64,000 bases of DNA from Epithemia pelagica (lineage: Eukaryota; Protista; Bacillariophyta), in contig OX337231.1 of assembly GCA_946965045.2 (NCBI GenBank), positions 3,844,001-3,908,000 of the forward strand, given 5' to 3'. This document shows, in pieces, positions 44,539-54,399 of the stretch. The notes beneath the pieces are model-generated. The model had not been told where the DNA came from, did not search any database, and saw only the letters and a program-made list of their open reading frames with translations. Within the stretch, counting starts at the first letter, position 1, and the number at the start of each line of letters is the position of its first letter. Both the position numbers and the translations under genes were made by a program.

Positions 44539-45710
44539 ATGATTTTTCATGGACAAACAAAAGTTGGGTGGCCATTCGAATGCTGGCCATAACCCCAGTG
44601 AATCGGCTTCTTGTTCGACGATCCTTTGCTCATTTGCGGTCACAAGGCAATCTTGGCACACCACCACTGTTTGGCCTCTTTTCAACGTTATTGACCATGA
44701 AGCACAACTGGACACCAACCCGCCAATTTGCAGCAAAGGTACATGACGGGGACGGGGACGGACCCAGTGAGAATTCTGGAACACGTAAGTTTTGATCCAG
44801 TGGTTCTTGTCAGAAAGCAGAATGGGAAAGCCCAGGCTCACTAGCTCATTTAGTCGAAAACATTGATGAAGAAACTACTTCCACAAAGTCCAAAAATGAG
44901 ATTCTTTGGAATACTCGATACCAAGAATTGATTGACTTTCAGAAAAGGCATGGTCATTGCAGGGTACCAAAAGGGTACAAGGAGAACCCGCCTTTGGCGA
45001 ATTGGGTGGATAAACAGAGACAAGTTTACCGCAGAGGGAAGGAAGGCACTGGCAGTCCAATGGCAGGCAACCGAGTGGTCTTATTGGAAAAGATTGGGTT
45101 TGTTTGGAACCCACAGGAAAGTGTATGGATGGCACGATACGAGCAACTGAAACAGTTCCAACAAAGTCATGGACACTGCAATGTCCCTCGAGACTACTCT
45201 GCCAATAAGAAGCTGGGCTTCTGGGGAATGACGCAACGTACTCAATACCGACTTCGGCAAGAAGGTAAACAAGCAAGTCACATGACAAATGAGCGCGTCG
45301 CTATGCTAGAGGAGATTGGATTTAATTGGAATGTACAGAGAAGTGCATGGATGATTCGATACGAGGACCTGATAGAGTTTAAGCAAAGTCACGGAAATTG
45401 CAACGTCCCTCAGAACTACTCTGCCAATAAGGCGCTAGGCCGGTGGGTGCATTCGCAACGTAAACAATACCGACTTCTACAAGAAGGTGACCAATCAAGT
45501 CCCATGACAAATGATCGCTTTACCCTGATGGAGAAGATTGCATCTGTATTCTGGTGGATGCTTGGGTATACACCACCTCGGTCGCTCACAAATGAACGTC
45601 TCAAGATGCTGTACGACATTGGACTCTTTGACGATGATCCAGAACTCTTGGAGTGGGTAAGGAAGTATCTTCAAAAGAACAACTATGACACGAACAAAAG
45701 GGACGATTGA
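44539..45710 (+). pseudogene. HA6: frameshifted exon 1, one intron (44785-44871), three HA domains plus a partly deleted last domain
   Basis: ATG ATT TTT CAT GGA CAA is homologous to MLFHRQ, but 2 extra nt lead to an early TAA. About 40 aa are missing before FWWMLG. Confidence 0.8.
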
Positions 45711-46734
45711 GAATAGTTATTGGTTGCCAACGACTATGGAATGAAAGTGTCAAGTTCAAGCGCTATTGATCAACCCATTCCATGACGAATGCCGCAGTAC
45801 AAGGTTCTGTACAAGGGGTATGAACCAAATACAGCACTGAGTCATGAAGGTTGTTGTAGAACAATGGCTCTGATGCGGTCCGATTTTTGTCGTTTGTTGT
45901 CTTCTTTATTAGCTGGGCACTTTCCTGTGCGTTCCTCTGTGTTGACTATGTGGTTTCGGTGGTCCCTACTTGGTGTGTAGACGAGAGAGACGAGACCAGA
46001 GAGCACAAGGGAGAACCTACAAAGAGAAACAAGAATGATACTTTGGGGTCAGAGCAGTTTGGTGCACTGTCGTTTGTTGTGATCGTGTCGTACATACCAC
46101 GGACAGATTGGATCGAGAACAAAAGGTCTACAAGAAAGAATTGACACACAAGTCGTGGTTTCAAGAGAGCAGACCGCAGCCTTTGTTGCTGCGTTTATAT
46201 AGAACAAGTGGATATCTCTAAGCGAGAGAGAGAGAATTTGCCGAGAAATATCGTTCCTCCATCCTTCTTCGTTGCTTCCTGCCATTAAAGCATATCGGTG
46301 TTTTCTAGCAGAGAGTCTCAGTCCTAGGAGTATAGGTCGGACCGAGTGCATCTCTCTAGAGAGGCAAAGCTTCGAAACTACAACAATATTATGGAGGCTT
46401 CTTGGCTATGTCGGCTATGTGGTTAATATAGGTCACCGGCCGACGCACGGACCTCGATCGTTCTCGTACGTGGTGGTGTCACGTGTCACGGAGTGATTGC
46501 CAATTGGCACTTCGGCATGTCGACACATATCAGCAAGAAGAAGAGAGAGGTATCCGCAATCCCCATTCTACAAAACCAACGTCTTATTGTGGTCGTCCTT
46601 TGATCTACGCTTGGAACATTTGACGGAAGAAAGAAGAAGAAGAAGAAGAAGAAGAAGAAGCAAGAACCACGGCCGCCGAATCGCAAACAGTAGTGAAGCC
46701 CCCACACACTGTTCCTCGCGAAACAAGGAATACT

Positions 46735-47997
46735 ATGAAGACCGTGGTCGTCGTCCGTGTGGTTGGAATGGTGGGATGTTGGCTGCTGCTTCTCCTTGTG
46801 CTAGCTCCCACAGTTGTGACGTCTGTCAATTTTCAGGACGCTTCCTCTACTCCTGGCGCAAGGATTCTTCGATCCAGTCGACTGGCGGCTTTGCATGACG
46901 ACGGCCGCAATTCTCCATTTCGTCGTCGTCGTCGTCCTTATTGGTGGAGAGACCAAACGTGTGCTCGTTCTTCCAGACTATTGGGAATGGATCTTTTGAG
47001 TCTCCGTGGTGGCGGTGGAGGCCCCGTTGTGGAATCCAAGGCAAAAGCAATTGTGGTACCACCACCAAAGGATGTCGCGTCGCGTTCACGTCCCTCAACC
47101 ACACGCTTTGTAACTATCACGACCAGTCTGATACTACTCTTGTTGGCCGTTTGGTATCGAGACGCCTGGTGGCCTTACGTCGTCGACAAGCAACGATTGC
47201 AACAAGCCGTCGTGCAATTGTTGCAAGGCTTGCAACCGGCTGCGGATGCAAAATGGCACGAGGCCGTCCGATTGTACAGTTTGTATGCGCTCGGCATGAT
47301 GGTGTGGGAAACGATTGGCTTGTCGACCATTCCTGTGGAAACAGCGGCCGGCATGGTCTTTCCGGCCTTGTGGGCCGCGGCCGTGGCCAGTGCCACGGGC
47401 AAATTGCTCGGGGCATCCTTGGCCTGGATGTTGGGACGATGGAAATTGCAAGACTACGTCCAAAACCATGCTCTCGTCCAATCCAGTGCCCTGTGTCAAT
47501 TGTTGGCGGCGCATCCACCGCCATCCTCATCCTCACAACAACCACGCAATTTGTCCACTCCTCGTGTCGGTCATGCGCCGTGGGTGTCCATTTTATTAAT
47601 GAAATTTTCGTGCTTTCCCGAAACCATCAAGAATTATGGCACGGCCGCCTTGTTGCCCCATGTCACGTATCCGTGGTTTGTGGGGGGTACGGCCCTGCAT
47701 GGCATTCCCTTTACCCTACTGTGGACGTGGTTGGGCCACGAAACGGCCCAGCAATTGTCATCCTCCACCACCACCACCACCAAATCCAGAGGGTTGCAAC
47801 TCGCCTTGACGGCGACCCTGTTCTTGGGCTTTGTCGTCTCCCCCGTGTCCATGGCCTTGTGGATTCGAGATTTGCAACACCAAGACAAGGAACAGAAACG
47901 AAAAGCGGCTGCCGAGGCAAAAGCGGCTCCAAATCCACTCATTTCGTGGATTCGTCGTCGTCTTGGTCGTCGTCCTAATACCATCCATACGGCCTAA
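46735..47997 (+). CDS. DedA/VTT (SNARE-associated, TVP38-like) membrane protein with N-terminal signal peptide
   Basis: 420 aa from ATG 46735 with PVETAAGMVF, GKLLGASLAWMLGR, LLMKFSCFPETIKNYG and multiple TM helices. Confidence 0.8.
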   Translation: MKTVVVVRVVGMVGCWLLLLLVLAPTVVTSVNFQDASSTPGARILRSSRLAALHDDGRNSPFRRRRRPYWWRDQTCARSSRLLGMDLLSLRGGGGGPVVESKAKAIVVPPPKDVASRSRPSTTRFVTITTSLILLLLAVWYRDAWWPYVVDKQRLQQAVVQLLQGLQPAADAKWHEAVRLYSLYALGMMVWETIGLSTIPVETAAGMVFPALWAAAVASATGKLLGASLAWMLGRWKLQDYVQNHALVQSSALCQLLAAHPPPSSSSQQPRNLSTPRVGHAPWVSILLMKFSCFPETIKNYGTAALLPHVTYPWFVGGTALHGIPFTLLWTWLGHETAQQLSSSTTTTTKSRGLQLALTATLFLGFVVSPVSMALWIRDLQHQDKEQKRKAAAEAKAAPNPLISWIRRRLGRRPNTIHTA

Positions 47998-48653
47998 AGG
48001 ACGCACACACACACAGGGACCTATTGTAGGATGATGATTGTGATTCACCAACACTGGAACAATTGAGGGCGGTTATTACGCACACACGTATACGTGAAGA
48101 GTGTGCCACACACAAGAGCGGGATCGGGGAAAGTTGCTGTTGTGGTTGCGATTGTGATTGGTATGGTTGTTGTTGTTGTGATTCCTCTATGATTGTTGTT
48201 GTTGCTGTTGTCCAACGAGTCATTATTGTTTGGTGGATTGGATTGTTTGGACCACCACCCGGAATGGATCCGAGCTGTTGGAGGGAATCTAGTATATTTC
48301 CCCATTGAGGAGACGAGAACAAGACGAGGAAATCGCCAACAACGGTCTATTATAAAAGTGTAATACGATGTAACGATATACCGCTATAGACGAAACCGGT
48401 TCTTCCATTCAAGTCTCTGGCAATGGATTGGTTGGTTGGCTCTATAGTTTTTATCGTGTTGAAAACGACACACGACACATCATACTCTATTAGCTATGTG
48501 TGCTACGTTTCTATATGATCCAGACCTAATATATGCGAATGAAGAGCGATCGATAAATATCGCGATCTTTGGGTGACGCAAGTCGTCCATCTCCAATCTC
48601 GATTCCCTCCTCTCCATGGACCAGCCGTGCATCCAACTCTTTCTCTCTCCATC

Positions 48654-49361
48654 ATGACCGATACTACTACTACAGCTACATCTGAACCCGTAGTGTCCTT
48701 TACGGAAGAATTGCGTCAATTGGCGGGATCCAAGTGGGATGCCATTGTCCATCATCAATTTCCGACCGAATTGGCGGCCGGCACGATGGACCGTGCCGTC
48801 TTGACGCGATACTTGATTCAAGATTATCGATTTCTCAATGCCTTTTTAATTCTCTTGGCCAGTGTGGTCATGCAGGCACGATCGTTGGAAGATCGCATTC
48901 CGGCCTGTCAATTTTTGGGCGTTGTCACGTCGGCCGAAAATACCTACTTTACCCGGTGTTTTGAAAAATTACAAGTTTCCGAGGCGGACCGGGCTGCCAT
49001 TCCCAATGCCGCCTGTACCGACGCCTTTACCAAACTCATGCTGGACGCGGCCCAGTCGGGTAATTTGGCCGAAGCCTTGTCCGTCTTGGTCGTTTGTGAA
49101 TGGTCCTATTTGAGTTGGGCCCAACGTGTCTTGGCCAATGGCAGTGGTGGAATCAATCGAGACGACTTTGTCACGTATGAATGGGTCGATTTGCACAGCG
49201 GACCAGCCTTTGAAGGCGTGGTATCCTATTTGCGACGCTTGTTGGATCACGAAGGTCTCCACGTGACACCCGAGGTCCGTCAAAAATGTCGCGACCGATT
49301 TTTGCAAGCTGTGCAATTGGAACAAGACTTTTTTGACATGGCCTATCAAACCGAATCCTAA
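48654..49361 (+). CDS. tenA: TenA/THI-4 family thiamine-salvage protein
   Basis: 235 aa, intronless, with H.F..EL..GT....L.RYL.QDY.F, ENTYF, LVVCEWSYLSW, EWVDLHS and V.LEQDFFDMAY. Confidence 0.88.
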   Translation: MTDTTTTATSEPVVSFTEELRQLAGSKWDAIVHHQFPTELAAGTMDRAVLTRYLIQDYRFLNAFLILLASVVMQARSLEDRIPACQFLGVVTSAENTYFTRCFEKLQVSEADRAAIPNAACTDAFTKLMLDAAQSGNLAEALSVLVVCEWSYLSWAQRVLANGSGGINRDDFVTYEWVDLHSGPAFEGVVSYLRRLLDHEGLHVTPEVRQKCRDRFLQAVQLEQDFFDMAYQTES

Positions 49362-50453
49362 ACGAACTAACAGCAACAATACTAGTATGTGATAATGGAG
49401 GATGGTTGTCTCGGTGTGTTGTTGGGTTGTGATGATGTGTGGTTCGTCCGTTTTCTCTCTCTCTCTTGTTTGTCCCAACAATAAAAGCCATTTTATTCTA
49501 TACTTGTGTTTGCCACAAACCAACAAGAACAACACTCTTGTTGGATTGTCAGAGACCTCGTTTCCCCGGAACATGAACTGTCGTTTCATTACCACTGCTT
49601 GCGTCTGGTGCGATTTTTCTTCGTCTCCAAGATGCACACAGAGGGAACCAGAACCGGTACTAGATACTGTGTAGTAGCGAGAGAGTCGTGTTGTGTGTGT
49701 GTGTCCAATGGAATAATGACGCCATTCGAACCAAAGGATCCAATCCGTATGGCTCTCGGGTATTCCAATACCTACGTAGCCGAGTCCTTGGCGCTTGTGC
49801 TTCGGGCGTGTCACGAGAAACACACACACTGTGACTGTGGTTCGAGTTTTGCTAGGTCGTTTGCCGGAGAGGAGCTTTGGAGTTGAGATATCAAGAATAT
49901 CTGGGAACCACTTCACCCACAAACACACATGTAGAGAAAGGGATGGGTCTATATACAATAGCTAGACCGGATATAGAGAGAAAGACCCAGCATGAATAAG
50001 CCATACCGGCCACACTAGAAAGTGATCAGCGGTTGGCGGGGCGACCCAAAGTGGAGTCGCCTGGCGTGCCGTGCCTCCTGCACCTCTCTTTGGCATGCGC
50101 TCTTCAAACGCGTCTTACCAGCGACCGGAAAGAGCGACTCTTCCAACCACAGAAACGTCAGGCCGACACACCCCGAATCCAGATCCACTCATCCTCATCC
50201 TCATCATTGGAGGCATCCGACATCCGACCACAATCGACGGTCCAAAGTCTAGAGTTCAAACGAGTTGCTGGTTGTTGTTGTTTGCAATTTGTCTTGTGTT
50301 GGTTGATTGTGTGGAGCATTCCTACCGGCTTGGTGGTGTGACTTTTTGTGGTGTGCAACGAATCGGGTCGTCGTAGTAGTTCCAGTCTCGGAGGATTTCT
50401 CTCTCTCTCTCTCTCTTGGGTGGTTGGGTGTCCAAGCCACCAAACCCAAAACC

Positions 50454-52880
50454 ATGTCCAATCTGCAGCAGCAGGAGGAATCCTTGTCGAGATTTGTGCG
50501 TCGTCATTTGGTACAGGAATGGCCTCGCTTTGTACTGGCCTCCCTGGCCATGGTGGTGTCGACCTTGTGCAATCAAGCCCTGCCCAAACTTGTCTCACGG
50601 CTCTTGTCGTCTTCGTCATCGTCATTGGAGGATTCGGGTCGTTCCAGCAACATGACGACGACCATGACAGTGTTTGGATTGGACCTGACCTTCAATGAGT
50701 GGCACCGTGCCGGTGTCGTCATTGTTCTCGGTGGAGTGGCCAGTTGGACTCGCACCACAATCGTGCATCAATTGGAAACCACCTTGGCGTGGCATTGGCG
50801 GACCCATGCCTGGAACGTCTTGCTGTTACGAAGCACCACCACAACGACACAACAACAAGCACCGCAAAAAGAGCCATTAAACGTATCACAACAAGAACAA
50901 CCAAAAGAAGGAAAACACGCGTCCCAAACTCCAACGGATTCAACAGCATTATCCACTTCAACAACGACACCACCATTGTCTCCGGCGGCCGTCTCCACCT
51001 TGTTGGATGCGACCGTGACTCGCATGGCGCACGGCGTCACCACGGCCGTCGTGAATGGCTTGCGGTCGAGCTCGGCCGTGGTGTATAGTACCCTGCAATT
51101 GCTCGCCTTGGATGCGCCCCTGTTTGCCGGAGTCGTCGTCGGACTCTTGCCCAGTGTCGGATATTTGGCCGTACTCTTGCGACGATCCCAACAGCAGCAT
51201 CAACAACGGGCCCTTGCCGCACAACAAGAGGCGACGGAATTTGTCCAGGAACGATGGTGGCACCGTTCCTGGATTGACTTGGCCAATCGACAAGATGAGG
51301 AAATTCAAACCTATCGTCGATTGCAACACACGGTGCAACAGCATCAACAGCACTATGCCACGGCCAAGGGTCGGACCATGGGGTTCTTGTTTGTCGCTGG
51401 TGCCAGTAGTGTCTTGGCTGTGATCCAGTACGTGTCGGGACGACACCAACACTCGTCCTCTCCACTGCCCGTGTCGCGTGTGGCCACGCATGCCTTTTTA
51501 CTCGCCCTCGGTACCGCCGGAGTGGCCACGGCCCGATCCGAATGGAAACAGGGCTGGGCCGCCGCACACGAGTATTGGCAGGTCCTACGGCCGGTCCGGC
51601 AATCCCCCACTACTAGATCACAACCACAAACACAACCAGGTAACGAACAAGACGACCAAGAACGACACCGTCTCTTGGCGCAAGCGGCCGTGGTGCCTTC
51701 CCAGTATCATGAGAACGACATCCACAACAACCACCAATCCTCCTCCTTGGTGGAGGTGGATCCACGCGACGTGGTGGGCCTGCGTGTGCAAGGGCTTTGT
51801 TTTTCCTATCCCAAACAGCATGACAACAACAACACTGACAACAAGGACGACAAGGACGACAAACCTGGCACAATGCCACCTAGCAGCAGTAGCTGGTCTT
51901 TGCGGGATGTGTCGTTGGACGTGCCACGAGGTTTCGTGGTGGCCGTGGTGGGACCCAATGGGAGTGGCAAAACGACCTTGGCCTCCTTGGTGGCTGGTTT
52001 GCTCGAGCCCACGGCCGGAAGCATTCAGTGGCAAGTTGACTATGGGCGACCGTCCATGGACGACACGGACAAGGACAAGGACGAGAAGGACATGCCACCA
52101 CCACCACCAACACCACAGTATCACATTGAAGCACAACGTCTGACACGAACGTGTTGGCATGAATTGGTGCATTTGGTTCCGCAACGACCACCCTTGTGGA
52201 ACGATACGGTCGCCTACAATGTCCAATATACGGCATCACGGTCCCGAAACTACTATGGAGCACAACCACAACGCGACCAGGAACAACAAGAACAAGAGCG
52301 ATTGCAAGCGGCCCTCCACTTGACGCATTGTCAAGACTTGCAATGGACCAGCAATAACTCCGCGACAATAGAAAACACAACAACGACCAAAGAAAACACA
52401 ACCACATCCACCACCCAACCCACCATTGGTCCCAATGGCTCGTATTTGAGTGGAGGACAATGTCAACGCGTGGCCTTGGCCCGAGCCTTGTATGCCCATT
52501 CCTGTTGTTTGCTCATTTTGGATGAACCCTCGTCGTCCTTGGATTCCGCCCAAGGCGAAGAAGCTTTGACCCATGTCTTGCAGTGTGCCACGGCACAACG
52601 ACGACGACGACAAGGACAATCACCCAGCATGGACCCCGAGTACCAAGAGTCCATGTCCGTGTTGCAACAAGACGATGACGACAAGGACGATCGAGCCGTC
52701 TTGTTGATTGTCCATTCGGCCAAGACGTTGGTGGAATGGGCCGATTCCATTGTCGTGTTGAATGCAGAGGGTCGTGTGGTGCAACAGGGAACCCTGTCGG
52801 AATTGACCGCGACACCGTCCACGAGCTTTTTGTGCGAGCTCATGCCCGACCTTGTTTCGTTCCTTCCCAGCAGCAAATGA
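50454..52880 (+). CDS. ABC half-transporter (TMD+NBD), ABCB-like
   Basis: 808 aa from ATG 50454. Walker A GPNGSGKTT, Q-loop VPQ, signature LSGGQCQR, Walker B LILDEPSSSLD, H-loop IVHS; N-terminal TM helices. Confidence 0.88.
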   Translation: MSNLQQQEESLSRFVRRHLVQEWPRFVLASLAMVVSTLCNQALPKLVSRLLSSSSSSLEDSGRSSNMTTTMTVFGLDLTFNEWHRAGVVIVLGGVASWTRTTIVHQLETTLAWHWRTHAWNVLLLRSTTTTTQQQAPQKEPLNVSQQEQPKEGKHASQTPTDSTALSTSTTTPPLSPAAVSTLLDATVTRMAHGVTTAVVNGLRSSSAVVYSTLQLLALDAPLFAGVVVGLLPSVGYLAVLLRRSQQQHQQRALAAQQEATEFVQERWWHRSWIDLANRQDEEIQTYRRLQHTVQQHQQHYATAKGRTMGFLFVAGASSVLAVIQYVSGRHQHSSSPLPVSRVATHAFLLALGTAGVATARSEWKQGWAAAHEYWQVLRPVRQSPTTRSQPQTQPGNEQDDQERHRLLAQAAVVPSQYHENDIHNNHQSSSLVEVDPRDVVGLRVQGLCFSYPKQHDNNNTDNKDDKDDKPGTMPPSSSSWSLRDVSLDVPRGFVVAVVGPNGSGKTTLASLVAGLLEPTAGSIQWQVDYGRPSMDDTDKDKDEKDMPPPPPTPQYHIEAQRLTRTCWHELVHLVPQRPPLWNDTVAYNVQYTASRSRNYYGAQPQRDQEQQEQERLQAALHLTHCQDLQWTSNNSATIENTTTTKENTTTSTTQPTIGPNGSYLSGGQCQRVALARALYAHSCCLLILDEPSSSLDSAQGEEALTHVLQCATAQRRRRQGQSPSMDPEYQESMSVLQQDDDDKDDRAVLLIVHSAKTLVEWADSIVVLNAEGRVVQQGTLSELTATPSTSFLCELMPDLVSFLPSSK

Positions 52881-53521
52881 ATGACACTAGCACCACAACC
52901 ACTCCAAGACCAACGCGTTTGGAACAAGACACGAATGAAGCGAAATGACAATCCTTGTTGTCACATTGTTTCCATGACGGATTGTGGGCACATACACGCA
53001 CAAGTCCCTAGTCGTTTTGTGGTTCCATGAGAGTGTCGTCGTATATTGGTTGCCACATCCTCATGGCGTGCGTCTAGCGAGAGAGAATGACACACCCACC
53101 GACCACACAAACGGCTCTCTAGTACGAGTAGTATTGTCGATCGTGAGAATCCACAACAAGAACAACAACAACATATAATACTAATATAATATAGGAAGTG
53201 TGCCTCTCCTCCGAATCCACACACACAGCGCGTATTCGGATGGTGCCAAACCCACACGGCATACCCAAACCACCCAGAAACCGCACCCAAGAACGACGAC
53301 AAGGGGCTCCATGCTCCATGGCCTCCACTATACTCTAGCTACCCGTACTACTTCTCTAGAAATTTTTAGTGACATTACTGCGACTCCAATGCCGCTGAAT
53401 AGTCGCATATAGGTCATTGTTTTCACACGTCACATCTCTTCGCCAAAAAATCTCAACGCAGCCGACATCTTTCATTTCACGACGACACAGGAAGGAGCGA
53501 AATCCACTCGGTTCCGTCGGC

Positions 53522-53554
53522 AAGAAGAAGAAGAAGAAGAAGAAGAAGAAGAAG
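53522..53554 (+). repeat. (AAG)11 microsatellite
   Basis: Read directly from the sequence. Confidence 0.9.
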
Positions 53555-53950
53555 ACGATGAAGACGCATCCGAGGTGTGTTGCCAGTGACATTCGAGAGA
53601 CAGGGTCTCACCGAATTCTGTGAGATGCGTCTGTACGTACCTCTTTCGTTCGTTGCGCCCAATCCAGTTGCGTCCGTTGAACGAGGTGTACGACTCTCTC
53701 GAGAGTAAAAGAGAACAGACACATACGCCATATACACAATAAACTCGCGTTCCGGGATCTGGATCCAAGCTCTATAGCAACACCATGAGGCTATGAGGAC
53801 ATGGTTGGAGAATTCAACGGACCGCAAGTGGAGTTGCACAACCACAGAAACTTCTTCTCCTCTCTTTGCAACGACTATGACACATATACACACGACCAAG
53901 CCAGTCCAACGCTGGAACCCCTGCACGAGTTACCTCTCTATACGTTCCAG

Positions 53951-53957
<7 letters not shown>

Positions 53958-53981
<24 letters not shown>
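53958..53981 (+). repeat. (GA)12 microsatellite in the 5' flank of the 54400 gene
   Basis: Read directly from the sequence. Confidence 0.9.
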
Positions 53982-53982
<1 letters not shown>

Positions 53983-54399
53983 TCAACGAACTATATAGGC
54001 CGACACCCCAAACAACCAACCAGCAAGCAAGCAACCGCGTTCCGAACGAGACTACTAGAGAACCCGTGTATGCAAAGAGGCTGACAAACTCTACCAACAA
54101 CAACGGCATTACTCGACAGCTCAACAACAAAGAGCAACAACCAAAACACCCATACCAAAACAACTCTCGAGATCGACTATCTGACAGTTTGGCATTGGGC
54201 CCTCTTTTATTCTATACCACCTCTCCCCGACCAAACCATTCACGCCGAGGCAACGTTCGAACATTCGTCACAACCAAAGGCACAGGCTTAGAGACTAGAG
54301 GAGTGTCCAAAAGTCGCAAGGAGAAAGACCATTCGACTATATCCACTCTTATACCCAAAAGGACCCCCGGATTGTGGAATTCTCATTCTTCTCAGTATC

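Noticed and set aside
48516-48545. TGATC...TAAT...GCG upstream of tenA as a TPP riboswitch
   Set aside because: There is no upstream CTGAGA, no P5 pairing and no AGGGA. Nothing convincing was seen in the 3' flank either.
49830-49860. GGTTCGAG as a tRNA T-loop
   Set aside because: There is no T-stem pairing and no cloverleaf around it.
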